A stretch of 64,000 nt of DNA from a virus: the IMG/VR virus record IMGVR_UViG_3300045988_100580, positions 17,594 through 81,593 of that record; one strand, 5' to 3'. The position numbers and the translations under genes are program-made. Position 1 is the first letter of the stretch; the number at the start of each line of letters is the position of its first letter. Of the stretch, positions 20,497-29,978 are shown piece after piece. The notes beneath the pieces were generated by a model. It was not told the origin of the DNA and ran no database searches. It worked only from the letters and a program-made list of their open reading frames with translations.

Positions 20497-20790
20497 ATGG
20501 TCAACGTCGATGGATCCAAGAGGATCTGGAAGCAGCCGGAAATAAAAGATATTTTTGAAAAGTGCGGAGCGAAGAAGCCGGATAAAGCGACATGGGGCGA
20601 TGTCCAATATGTCTTTGCAATGTACTATTCGGATGGTTTTCCGAAGGTCTTCAAATGTGAGAACGAGTTGGTGAAAGCTACGTTAATGTATTTGGATGAT
20701 CCGGATGCTCCCGAAGGAGTAGCCTTTATAAGATGGCTTGCCGTGCAAGATTACCTCGGCGAAAAAATAAACTGGAAGGATCTGACCTGA
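20497..20790 (+). CDS. Hypothetical globular protein; the frame is open from 20404, directly after the TGA of the RG-rich ORF
   Basis: First ATG at 20497. The 31 codons between TGA 20401 and ATG 20497 look coding (GADAEDPAYQKYVDTYGYHFSNALADEAVKK). Confidence 0.5.
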   Translation: MVNVDGSKRIWKQPEIKDIFEKCGAKKPDKATWGDVQYVFAMYYSDGFPKVFKCENELVKATLMYLDDPDAPEGVAFIRWLAVQDYLGEKINWKDLT

Positions 20791-20955
20791 GATCCAGATC
20801 CAGGTCCTTCCGGTGGTGCGGGAGCCATAGTAAAAAATATGATTCCCGCATTCCCGTTTTTCCCGTTTGGAAAAAAAAGGAATAAAAATATTATACCGGT
20901 CGGCGGGCAATAGAATACCCGTGGCCGGTTTGTTTCACATAACTTTTTTTGGGAT

Positions 20956-21132
20956 ATGAATATAGCACACGAATCTAAATCGAATAAAACCCCATTGTAT
21001 TTAATAGGAGAGTTGATTGGCGTACCGAATACGGTTATGGACTCAGCATTGCATGAACTGAAAGATAGAATAGACAAAGACCCTAAATATAAAGATGTTA
21101 AAAATTGGCTCGAATCTTTACCCAAGATCTGA
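20956..21132 (+). CDS. Small hypothetical protein, 58 aa (MNIAHESKSNKTPLYLIGEL…)
   Basis: Not in the track (under 60 aa). Translated by hand. Followed by a terminator. Confidence 0.35.
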   Translation: MNIAHESKSNKTPLYLIGELIGVPNTVMDSALHELKDRIDKDPKYKDVKNWLESLPKI

Positions 21133-21154
21133 ACCTATTTTTTTCAATACCAGG

Positions 21155-21190
21155 CCCGATGCGATTTTAACGTATCGGGTTTTTATTTTA
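21155..21190 (+). terminator. Stem CCCGATGCG/CGTATCGGG (one G-U pair), 7-nt loop, then TTTTTATTTTA
   Basis: GC-rich stem immediately followed by a T-run. Confidence 0.55.
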
Positions 21191-21259
21191 ATTCATATTG
21201 TTTTATTTTAAATCTAATTAATTCATGAATGTCGTACTTTTGTTGAAAAAGTATTCTAT

Positions 21260-21487
21260 ATGGAAAATAAGGAAGATTACGTTGGTTACGAGGATCAAGA
21301 ACTGTGTAACCGGTATTACAAAGAGGCTGAAGCCATGAGACAAAAGCAGGACTGGTCTCGGCTTAGGGCTGTCCCTGCTCCGGCCAAGGGAACGCCATCG
21401 CCCGGCTGGGGTCAGCTTGGACGTGGAAATGATGTCCGTGTTAAGTATGTTAGCATCAATTCAGGATTAGGAGGGGACAGATTATGA
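21260..21487 (+). CDS. Hypothetical protein, 75 aa
   Basis: ORF track. Confidence 0.4.
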   Translation: MENKEDYVGYEDQELCNRYYKEAEAMRQKQDWSRLRAVPAPAKGTPSPGWGQLGRGNDVRVKYVSINSGLGGDRL

Positions 21488-21514
21488 CTGTAGAAGAATT
21501 GGCTAATAAAAGAT

Positions 21515-21829
21515 ATGATGGACGGCAATCAGTTGGAGTATGAATTTGACAACATTAATTTAGATCATATCACATTTAAAGGTAATGGCAAAAAATCTTT
21601 TTCATTTAACAGATCCCTTGTTGAAAATTTAATTGAAACATTTGATACTATGCAGGATATATACTCTGATAATTACGGGATTAAGGTTTATACCGGTAAT
21701 TGCATAATTCAACTGAATGTAAATCCAAAGGACTTAAGTGAATCCTTTTTTGACGTATATGACAGAGTTGGGATGAAATTGGTATATAGCATACAAAATA
21801 GTATCTTGAAAGAAATGTTTATCATATGA
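21515..21829 (+). CDS. Hypothetical protein, 104 aa
   Basis: ORF track. A GGAGG at 21470 precedes a different 20-codon frame (ATG 21483), so the start is ambiguous. Confidence 0.45.
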   Translation: MMDGNQLEYEFDNINLDHITFKGNGKKSFSFNRSLVENLIETFDTMQDIYSDNYGIKVYTGNCIIQLNVNPKDLSESFFDVYDRVGMKLVYSIQNSILKEMFII

Positions 21830-22125
21830 TCACCAAGCAGGACATACAAGCAGCAGCATCGTATATTTTTCGAAGCAGTTTTGTCTCGGAAGACCAGGCA
21901 AGGAAAGTAATGGTAAGAGCCGGCAATAACGCTACCAAGATCCTCGTCAAGACCTTTAGAGGCAGGTTGTTCAAGAAAGCTTTTGGAAGAGCTCGTAGAG
22001 GAAAGGATATTAGTTCTTTTGAAAGACAGGAAAAAGAAAGTGGTTTCAATTTTCTACACAATCATAATAATGGTCGTATGCGAAGCGGTCATATTGTAAT
22101 AAACGGAACTGGTCTGTTTAAATAA
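21826..22125 (+). CDS. Hypothetical basic protein, 99 aa
   Basis: ATGA overlap with the upstream gene. Followed by a terminator. Confidence 0.45.
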   Translation: MITKQDIQAAASYIFRSSFVSEDQARKVMVRAGNNATKILVKTFRGRLFKKAFGRARRGKDISSFERQEKESGFNFLHNHNNGRMRSGHIVINGTGLFK

Positions 22126-22131
22126 ATAATG

Positions 22132-22161
22132 AAGTCGGGTACGTAAGTTATCCGACTTTTT
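22132..22161 (+). terminator. Stem AAGTCGG/CCGACTT, 13-nt loop, T5
   Basis: 7-bp stem plus T-run. Confidence 0.5.
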
Positions 22162-22163
22162 CA

Positions 22164-22171
22164 TATATTTG
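22164..22171 (+). promoter_or_regulatory. -7 box TATATTTG ending 4 nt before ATG 22176, implying a leaderless or near-leaderless mRNA
   Basis: Exact TAnnTTTG match immediately upstream of the start codon. Confidence 0.45.
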
Positions 22172-22175
22172 CGTT

Positions 22176-22499
22176 ATGGCAAGAGGTTATTATTGGATAC
22201 CACAGACAGATGAAACGTTAAATGGCATAAGCTATTACGTAGCTAAGATAGTAGGGGATATCACGTTTGATACTAAACGAAAAAGAATCGTATTTCAAGC
22301 TGATAGGTATTTCCCTGTAGGGTCTGTTTTCCATTTTACGCACAATTGCTTCAATTATATCATAACTTGCCGACTTCGCAAGCCGGGGCTTTGGTTTGAA
22401 GCCAGGAGAGAAGATTCGGGCCCTATTTGCCCTGAAGATATTGAGCGCTTTGAATCGGGAAGGTTTATACACCGAGATGGGTACATGCATTACATATAA
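22176..22499 (+). CDS. Hypothetical protein, 107 aa
   Basis: Promoter-proximal ORF, preferred over the overlapping 22218..22523(-). Confidence 0.5.
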   Translation: MARGYYWIPQTDETLNGISYYVAKIVGDITFDTKRKRIVFQADRYFPVGSVFHFTHNCFNYIITCRLRKPGLWFEARREDSGPICPEDIERFESGRFIHRDGYMHYI

Positions 22500-22503
22500 G
22501 CCG

Positions 22504-22539
22504 AACTTGACAATTGGCGTCAAGTTATAATTATTTTTT
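22504..22539 (+). terminator. Stem AACTTGAC/GTCAAGTT, 7-nt loop, then ATAATTATTTTTT
   Basis: 8-bp perfect stem plus T-run. First of two tandem terminators. Confidence 0.45.
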
Positions 22540-22554
22540 CTCCATATTATTTTT

Positions 22555-22593
22555 AAGCCATCAGACTGAGAAGTTAGATGGCTTTATTTTTTA
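22555..22593 (+). terminator. Stem AAGCCATC/GATGGCTT, 14-nt loop, then TATTTTTT
   Basis: 8-bp perfect stem plus T-run. Confidence 0.5.
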
Positions 22594-22613
22594 TGATATG
22601 CTTGATTTTTAAC

Positions 22614-22621
22614 TACCTTTG
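22614..22621 (+). promoter_or_regulatory. -7 box TACCTTTG, 23 nt upstream of ATG 22645
   Basis: Exact match to TAnnTTTG. Confidence 0.45.
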
Positions 22622-22644
22622 TCTCATAACAAAAATGTTTTACT

Positions 22645-25600
22645 ATGACATCAACGTGTATTATTAAAAGAGATAATAAAAATAAAGTTGTTTCTGTCTC
22701 TACCAGATCAGGGGACAGGTCTATGTTGTTTGATAAAATAGCATCTATTCCTCTTATGGAGAATAGGGAACGGGCTACTACTGTTTTTAAAACCGTATTT
22801 TCTAATAAGTTCTTAAAGGCTTTTGGTGACTGGAGAAGGAATGTGCCTATCAACAAACAGGCTTACAATAAGGTAAAATCTAACATCGGCCTTATTCCAG
22901 AGACCTATAGAGAAAGGGTGCTGGATAAGGCTTCTAAGATGAGCAACCCTATTCTTGTGTCGAAATCAGATGCACCTTATGGGATTCAAGAATCAGGCTT
23001 TGGATTTTATAGCCAAGATCTGGGTGATAATATTATGTTGGTGGATGCTATGGTTCCGTCAAGTATCTCCGTGCCGGAAGAACCAGGAATAGACTCAGGG
23101 CAGTATCTACAAGATGCTATATCTTCGGACTTCACTCCCGTATCTATGGTACAGGATAATGATGTTAATTATATGGTTATAAAAGACGGTCTTAAGATAT
23201 TTAGTCCAGAAGAGCTACCAGAAACAGATTCTAATCCTGTGGGTGTAACGTATCAGACTGGAGAACCTCGTTTGTTTTTTATGAATGATCGTAATCAATT
23301 ATTTGAAGATTACGGAGAAGCTCTTCGCTCTGGCGGGAATGATATCAGAATAGGATTCTTATCAGGCATCGTTCAAGAATCTACCGTGGATGGAGTGGCA
23401 GACATTACTTACAAGGCTGGAAAGTATGTTCTTAATAATCCCAAGTCTTTTATACCGGTCATGACCGCTTCTGCTTCTACTTCTTTATCAACAAAAGGCG
23501 GTATAATTAACTACCTTATAAAGAAAGGTCTTTTGTCCGGATCCAAGATATTCGATCCGGAAACAAGAAGCTATTATATTACAGGAGAAGGACATACAGG
23601 ACAAATTAGACTTTTCAATTCAGCCTTATCCTACACTGAGCTCCGTAATCATTTTGGTTCCGATGTTTCCATGAACGACCAGGGTATGATAACCATAAAT
23701 TCATTGGATAATAGTAAGGTAACTATGAGACTCGCCACCGGAGGAACAGAAAGAGTTAGCAAGGAGCAGATAAAGAGCGATCTTAAGTCTGGAAGATACA
23801 ATGAATTGGATGCTAAATACGATCACTTTGATGCGCTTGTAGTTTCATTTATATTAGAAGACAATGATCTTTATGCTGATACTAAAGCTAAGATAGTATC
23901 GGATTATAGCCAAGAGGAACGTAATCAACGAAATTCTATTGTTGAGATACTGAAAACGCTGGGCGTTAGTGTCGTTGGCATGACCGATTATATAGAGAAG
24001 TACCAAACTAAATACGGACACGAACCTTCTGCTAAGGCATTGGCGGATATTGCCAATAACGTAATAGCAGTCGGTGAAGATGCTACTTTGTCTGACTTAG
24101 TAGAAGAAACAGCACACTTTCTCGTAGAGGCGTACAGAGATCAGAATGCTGTTGAATCTGTTTTGCAAGATGTAGAAGGCACTGAAGAATGGAATCAGTA
24201 TGCAGGTCAGTATTATAATACATACGGTAAGGTATATGAAGGCTCTGAACTTGATAATGCTGTTAGGAGAGAAATTCTTGGAAAGATCCTCGCCAGGGAG
24301 ATGCAGACCGGCACAGCACAGGCGCCGGTAGAGCCCACCTCCTTCCTGGGGCGCGTCCGGCAGCTTCTCTCTGGAATTGTAAACTGGCTTAAATCAGCTT
24401 TATCAACCCAAAGACAGGATTTGAATAACGTTATTAAAAATATTCGTGATCTTGCCATTACTGACATAGATAAAGGATTTGACACCTCTCTGTTAAAGGA
24501 TAATGACTTTACATTATACTCCCTTTCTTCTATGAACAAGAACAAGTTTCTTGAGTCCAAGATCAGATCACTAAGAAAAACATTAAGAGACTTACGTCAG
24601 ATAAGCTCTGATAGGGCTGTAACTACGTCTATGACCCTTGCTCAGCTTAAGACCATAGAAGATAAGATAAATAAGGTAGAGACCGAAATAGACAAGAATG
24701 AGATGGCGGCTGCCATGAACAGCATGATCTCCACAGCCGAAGCTCAGGTCAGATACTTAAGTAATGTGGTGAACGCCATCCTTCATGGTGATACCAAAGA
24801 TGGTAAGCTTCACTTCAATACCAATGATCGAAAGAACGTAGATATTATCAACAATCAGGTTCTTCCGATCATGAACGATCTTCGAGGATATATCCGTAAC
24901 AGAAGTACCGAATTTGATGAACGTGAAAAGCAGGATTATACAAATAGGATCAATACCGTCATTGCCGACATCAATGGTATTCAGTCTGATATTAAATCAG
25001 TACAAGACCTTGATGAAAGCACGTTGCTTGATAAGTTAATGAACGAACTTCATGTGCCGGCAGATAAGGTAAAGAGAGTAAAAGAATTTTTTGACAAGGT
25101 TCAACACGATGTTTCTTGGATAAGTAGGTGGTTCGGTATATTAGAGCATTCTTCCAGTCCGTTCAATAACGCTCTTGGAGCTATGATTGCCAAAGACAAT
25201 TACAATGCGATGGTGAATGCCCAGCCCGCCATATCTGACTTCCTGGCATATGCTAAAAAGCATGGTTTTAACAAATCTGAATTTGAAAAACTGCTTCAGA
25301 AAGTAGACGGCAAAACTTCTAATTACCTTCGTAGTGCTCTTGATATGGCTAAATACGATCGTAATAAGAAGTTGGCGCAGATGCGAGCGTTTGCGACTGC
25401 CATGAACATAGAAATATCAGAAGAAGAAATCAATGATGTGGTTGACAATAATCGTAATTACGTATTTAAAAGAGAAGTAGTTGACAAGGACGGAAATACG
25501 GTTACTGAAAACGCTAAATTTAAGCCCTCATCTGACAGGGTTAATACTGATATTTTTACCATCGAGCAGGAAAAGATCTATACAGAACAGATGGAGAAGT

Positions 25601-28600
25601 GGGATGCTGAAAATTCAGAACTGGAATTTAGTGAAAGTTATGCCACAAGAATGGAATCCATATACAAAAAGGCCGAAGAAGAATTAGGGCATCCGGTTTC
25701 TCAAACAACCAAAGAATACCTTAATGCTCTTTCTCGGCAGAAGCGGATATTGAGGCAGCCTTTTATTGATAGCAATGGTAATTTTGATGAGGTTGCTTAC
25801 TATAAGAGTAGTAACTACGAAGAAGAAGGACTGCTTCGTAAACAACGTAAGGAAGCAGCTTCAGAATACATATATGTAGGAACCAGGAGAGTGGAAAAAA
25901 CCGGCGACCAACTTAAGATGGCCAAAGAAATACAAGCTATAAATGAAGTTTGGAGAAAGGAATCAAATAATGTCACTAATGTCGTATCAGAATCGTTTTT
26001 GCAAAAATTGAGAACGATTCAGAACGAGTCAGGAGGAGAAGCTGCGCTGAAGACACTTATGTTGGGGGGGCACCTGTCATTCAACGATCGGTTTTGGAAT
26101 GACGTAGAATCAGAACAATCGGCGCGTACCGAATCAAATAACAAGGCTTCGTATCTTAAAATGGCACAAGACATCATTAGTTCTACGACAAGTGATAGAG
26201 ATGCAACTGACGTGGATTCGATTGTAAAAGATATAGAAAAAAATAAGGCTATTATAAAGGAAATAATCGGAAACAATCGCGATGTGGCTGATATCGGAGA
26301 AATTAATGAAGCGACATTTACCTCATCTGAAAGAGATGCTTTTAGGGCCGCATCTGAAGCTATTGAAGCCGATTACGCTATCTTAATAGATTATGCTAAG
26401 ATGGTGGGTCTTGAAGATATTGATAAGTACCTTACTAAAAGCAGTAAGGCTGAAAACGAAGTAAATCAGTCTTATTTAAATGCTCTTGCTGACTCCAAGG
26501 AAGTGGAATGGAAGTTCGTACAACGTCATACTACGGCGAAGAAAGCAAAAAGGATTCAAGCCTTAAGGGATAAGTTATTCAAAGCTGCTGATAACCGGTA
26601 TCTGTTTACCGTATCTGAAACCAACTACTTGTCAGAAAAGCTTGGAATAAGCAAAGAATTAGACGGTAGAGATTTTAGGAATGCCGTCAATGCTAAAATG
26701 GCCAGCTTGTTTTTAAATAACACAAGAGAATCAGGTATAGAAGAGGCTAATGCTATTGTTAATGAATTTGCCAGGAGCCAGGTCTTTTCATACTATAAAC
26801 GCATGGCGCCTACCGGATATGCGGCTATGATCGACAAAATTGGTCGAGGTGAGATAGATGTGGCGCAGATGGTTAAGGACGTACAAAACGGTACATCCAC
26901 CCAAGATTATGGCATGGACATATCGTACCTGTCTTTCGACCCTGCAAGGGCATGGGTGGCTGAATCTGAAGCCGAAAATAGCGGTCGTAATCCTGATTAT
27001 GTAAAAGATCATGGGTATGGTCATCGCATGCCTAAGAAAAGCCTGTATCGTGATGAATCGTATCTCAATGACTTTGGTATCAAATATGATGCTGATGGTA
27101 ATGAGGTCGCTACTAAAAACGTAGAGCAGTGGAATATGATTCAAAAACTCAAGGAAATAAAAAGACAATCCCTTGATCTATACAAAGAGCAGAGTCCCAA
27201 TTTGTATGCTATTCCACAGATATCAAAACAAGACATAGAACGTATGGAAGGATTGGGTATTAACTTCAAAAATACGGTTCGTAATTTTGTATCAGATCTG
27301 TGCCTGGACAGAGTAGACGATTCTCTATATGGTAAGACCAGGCAAGGGGAAGTATATGACCCGGAAGACAGACTTAGGTCTATACCTAAATACTACATAT
27401 ATGAATTGGAGAACCAAGATGATGTATCTCACGATTTTGGCTACTCTTATTCGATGCTTATGATGCAGTCATCGTTATACAACGAAAAGCAGAAGTCTAT
27501 AGAGCTTGCCCAAGGACTGGAGCAGATGTTGCTGAACAAACAATTTGAGGGCGGTAAGAAGGCTGAAGCAACCCAAGCATATCAGATGTTTAGGGACTTC
27601 TTCAACGATCATTATTATGGCATTAGGATGAACACCAAAAAACTTACGGTGAACATCGGAGGATATGCGGTAGACCTTACAAGAATTATGATGGCTGTTG
27701 AAAGATTTATGTCGGTTATGAACTTGGCACTGTCTCCGTTTGTGGCAGCTACCGGCGCCCTGACAGGTCATATCAACCTCATCATGGAATCTGCCGTAGG
27801 ACAGTATATAAGCAAAGACTCCCTTAAATACGCATCGGCTGAGTTTTCACGTCTTGCGCCATCTTGTATAGCAGAAACCGGAGACATAGATAGGAAAAGC
27901 AAATTATATGTCATAGGTGAGAGAATGGGGATATTCAATATCCGAAATCGTATGTATGGTGCCGGATACAATAGAGCGGCCAGGACCTTAATGCGTTCGC
28001 CTATGTATGCTTTTATGGAAATCCTGAACTACCCTCTTAATCCGCAGGTTATGATTGCTACTATGGACAATGTTCGTTATTACAAAGGCCGGTTCTACAC
28101 GTTCCAAGATTTCAAGATGGAAAAAGAACGCAATAAAGAACAGAGTACCATAAAAAGAGAATGGAACGCATTAAAAGATCGTACTTTATGGAGTATGGTA
28201 GACGTCGTGGATGGAAAGGTGGTTGTAAAGCCGGGATCGGGTGTTACTGTTGAGGAAGTTGAAACCCAGATGGCTATAACCAGGAATCAAGTCCGTAGCT
28301 TGTCGCAGATATGTAACGGATCTTTGAATGAAGAAAACCGAACTGCCGCATCGCGCAACTGGATAGCCAGGTTCATGACCGCCCACCGAGGCTGGCTGGT
28401 GCTGGCAGCTCAACGTCTGTGGAAAAGACGTGGCTTCAATTTCCAAACAATGCAAGAAGAGGAAGGGTTGTCAATTACGTTAAAGAATATGATAGCCAAA
28501 ACATTTAGCTTAGCTTCCGAGTCTGGTATGAAAAACATCATAGATGCCTGGAACGAAAATAAAGATAATATGAATGAGGTAGAGAAAACCAATATAAAAC

Positions 28601-29067
28601 GTCTTAGTGTCTATGCCGGCACGTTCCTTATCATGCAAGCCGTATCCATGCTTCTTGCCGGATGGCGTGATGATGATGAAAACGAAGAAAGTTGGCTTAC
28701 TCAATTTGGATCCTATGTCGGATTCAGAACCATAAACGAAATAGCTTCACAGATGCCGTTTATTATGGAGCTTAACGTTGTAGATATCATTAACGACCCG
28801 TTTGTCATGGGGCGGAAGTTGAAGGATCTTACTGATCTTAGGAATTACTCACTTGATAAAGTAACATCCGGCACATACAAAGGAGAGTTTAAGTTATTTA
28901 GGCAACTCGCCAAACAGACGTTTATCAAACAATGGTATAACATCAAGACGCCGGAAGACATAGCGCGCGCCTATAATTGGTGGCAGCAGACAAACAACAA
29001 GTCAATGATGTTCTTCATCGGCGCCACTCCTGATTCGGAAGGAGACGATGATGTTAGTTACAAATAG
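22645..29067 (+). CDS. Giant protein, 2140 aa; candidate virion-packaged RNAP subunit or ejected cargo protein (hypothesis only)
   Basis: 6.4-kb uninterrupted ORF with its own promoter box and upstream terminators. Confidence 0.6.
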   Translation: MTSTCIIKRDNKNKVVSVSTRSGDRSMLFDKIASIPLMENRERATTVFKTVFSNKFLKAFGDWRRNVPINKQAYNKVKSNIGLIPETYRERVLDKASKMSNPILVSKSDAPYGIQESGFGFYSQDLGDNIMLVDAMVPSSISVPEEPGIDSGQYLQDAISSDFTPVSMVQDNDVNYMVIKDGLKIFSPEELPETDSNPVGVTYQTGEPRLFFMNDRNQLFEDYGEALRSGGNDIRIGFLSGIVQESTVDGVADITYKAGKYVLNNPKSFIPVMTASASTSLSTKGGIINYLIKKGLLSGSKIFDPETRSYYITGEGHTGQIRLFNSALSYTELRNHFGSDVSMNDQGMITINSLDNSKVTMRLATGGTERVSKEQIKSDLKSGRYNELDAKYDHFDALVVSFILEDNDLYADTKAKIVSDYSQEERNQRNSIVEILKTLGVSVVGMTDYIEKYQTKYGHEPSAKALADIANNVIAVGEDATLSDLVEETAHFLVEAYRDQNAVESVLQDVEGTEEWNQYAGQYYNTYGKVYEGSELDNAVRREILGKILAREMQTGTAQAPVEPTSFLGRVRQLLSGIVNWLKSALSTQRQDLNNVIKNIRDLAITDIDKGFDTSLLKDNDFTLYSLSSMNKNKFLESKIRSLRKTLRDLRQISSDRAVTTSMTLAQLKTIEDKINKVETEIDKNEMAAAMNSMISTAEAQVRYLSNVVNAILHGDTKDGKLHFNTNDRKNVDIINNQVLPIMNDLRGYIRNRSTEFDEREKQDYTNRINTVIADINGIQSDIKSVQDLDESTLLDKLMNELHVPADKVKRVKEFFDKVQHDVSWISRWFGILEHSSSPFNNALGAMIAKDNYNAMVNAQPAISDFLAYAKKHGFNKSEFEKLLQKVDGKTSNYLRSALDMAKYDRNKKLAQMRAFATAMNIEISEEEINDVVDNNRNYVFKREVVDKDGNTVTENAKFKPSSDRVNTDIFTIEQEKIYTEQMEKWDAENSELEFSESYATRMESIYKKAEEELGHPVSQTTKEYLNALSRQKRILRQPFIDSNGNFDEVAYYKSSNYEEEGLLRKQRKEAASEYIYVGTRRVEKTGDQLKMAKEIQAINEVWRKESNNVTNVVSESFLQKLRTIQNESGGEAALKTLMLGGHLSFNDRFWNDVESEQSARTESNNKASYLKMAQDIISSTTSDRDATDVDSIVKDIEKNKAIIKEIIGNNRDVADIGEINEATFTSSERDAFRAASEAIEADYAILIDYAKMVGLEDIDKYLTKSSKAENEVNQSYLNALADSKEVEWKFVQRHTTAKKAKRIQALRDKLFKAADNRYLFTVSETNYLSEKLGISKELDGRDFRNAVNAKMASLFLNNTRESGIEEANAIVNEFARSQVFSYYKRMAPTGYAAMIDKIGRGEIDVAQMVKDVQNGTSTQDYGMDISYLSFDPARAWVAESEAENSGRNPDYVKDHGYGHRMPKKSLYRDESYLNDFGIKYDADGNEVATKNVEQWNMIQKLKEIKRQSLDLYKEQSPNLYAIPQISKQDIERMEGLGINFKNTVRNFVSDLCLDRVDDSLYGKTRQGEVYDPEDRLRSIPKYYIYELENQDDVSHDFGYSYSMLMMQSSLYNEKQKSIELAQGLEQMLLNKQFEGGKKAEATQAYQMFRDFFNDHYYGIRMNTKKLTVNIGGYAVDLTRIMMAVERFMSVMNLALSPFVAATGALTGHINLIMESAVGQYISKDSLKYASAEFSRLAPSCIAETGDIDRKSKLYVIGERMGIFNIRNRMYGAGYNRAARTLMRSPMYAFMEILNYPLNPQVMIATMDNVRYYKGRFYTFQDFKMEKERNKEQSTIKREWNALKDRTLWSMVDVVDGKVVVKPGSGVTVEEVETQMAITRNQVRSLSQICNGSLNEENRTAASRNWIARFMTAHRGWLVLAAQRLWKRRGFNFQTMQEEEGLSITLKNMIAKTFSLASESGMKNIIDAWNENKDNMNEVEKTNIKRLSVYAGTFLIMQAVSMLLAGWRDDDENEESWLTQFGSYVGFRTINEIASQMPFIMELNVVDIINDPFVMGRKLKDLTDLRNYSLDKVTSGTYKGEFKLFRQLAKQTFIKQWYNIKTPEDIARAYNWWQQTNNKSMMFFIGATPDSEGDDDVSYK

Positions 29068-29203
29068 ACGAAGAATATCGGACTTGCATTGTTTTTGTAT
29101 GATTCCAATATGTTATATTAGCATCGTCAAAGAGTAGATTGTACGTTTTTTGTTCTTACTTGAAAGATTATGTAGGTTAAATTTTTTCTGAAATTGTTTT
29201 CTT

Positions 29204-29245
29204 ACCGGTTCTCAGTCAGAGATGATAGGGAACCGGTTTCTTTTA
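29204..29245 (+). terminator. Stem ACCGGTTC/GAACCGGT, 18-nt loop, then TTCTTTTAT
   Basis: 8-bp perfect stem plus T-rich tail, downstream of the 2140-aa gene. Confidence 0.4.
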
Positions 29246-29281
29246 TGTTGTCAATTATTGCTATCTTGCAAACAAAAAATC

Positions 29282-29899
29282 ATGAGACGAAGATTTCAAA
29301 TAGGGATGGGGGTAAATCCCTCGCTTATAATCAATAAAGGCATATACATCCAACATGTAGATGGAGGATTATATACAAAAGAAAATTGGTCTAATAAAGG
29401 ATATTCCAATGATCTATGCAATGGAATAGCTCTTGTAGATAAAGTGTGTTTTGTTATAGCCACCGAATATATTGGCACATTTAGTTGGGGTAAGGATGGA
29501 AGAGTAGACAATGTATTTGCACAAAATAGTTCTTATATGGAGACCGTTAAAAAGGATTATTGGGGGCGTGAAAATCAGAATGCGTATCTTGAATATGATA
29601 CCAGTAATGAAAATTACGCTTTTAATAAAGCTAATAGCTATTTATTTAAAAATGGTCAAAATGGATATGTAGGTGGCGCCGGAGAGTTTTTTTTGATATC
29701 ATTGTATGCGAATGAAATAAACGAATGTCTTTTAATGGTAGGAGGTACGATAATGAGTAATAAAATGTGGACATCCACTCAATCTACACAATTTACCTAT
29801 TCGTGGTATTATGATATAAACATCCAAGGAGATCATTTGGATACAAGTACAAGGAGTAATCCACGTTATGTCCGCCCCTTTACCGAATTAATTTTATGA
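29282..29899 (+). CDS. MRRRFQ… protein with a DUF1566-like C-terminus (WTSTQ…SWYYDINIQG…RYVRPF); start taken at ATG 29282
   Basis: C-terminal pattern resembles the DUF1566 signature (YWSST…AWyvnf…VRcVR). The track starts further upstream at 29222. Confidence 0.5.
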   Translation: MRRRFQIGMGVNPSLIINKGIYIQHVDGGLYTKENWSNKGYSNDLCNGIALVDKVCFVIATEYIGTFSWGKDGRVDNVFAQNSSYMETVKKDYWGRENQNAYLEYDTSNENYAFNKANSYLFKNGQNGYVGGAGEFFLISLYANEINECLLMVGGTIMSNKMWTSTQSTQFTYSWYYDINIQGDHLDTSTRSNPRYVRPFTELIL

Positions 29900-29903
29900 A
29901 ATT

Positions 29904-29978
29904 ATGAGAAGAAGATTTGAAAATAATGCTAAACTATATGAGTATAAGATAGTTAGCAATTGTATAGGGGGGGGGTAA
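29904..29978 (+). CDS. ATG-initiated 24-codon frame (MRRRFENNAKLYEYKIVSNCIGGG*) that ends right after a G9 tract; N-terminal part of a frameshift-split gene
   Basis: ATG 29904, G run 29967-29975, TAA 29976-29978. One added G would fuse it to the 29960..30643 frame. Confidence 0.5.
   Translation: MRRRFENNAKLYEYKIVSNCIGGG

Noticed and set aside
20056-20607. 183-aa minus-strand ORF opposite the RG-rich gene
   Set aside because: Antisense of a repeat-rich coding region, with no start signal.
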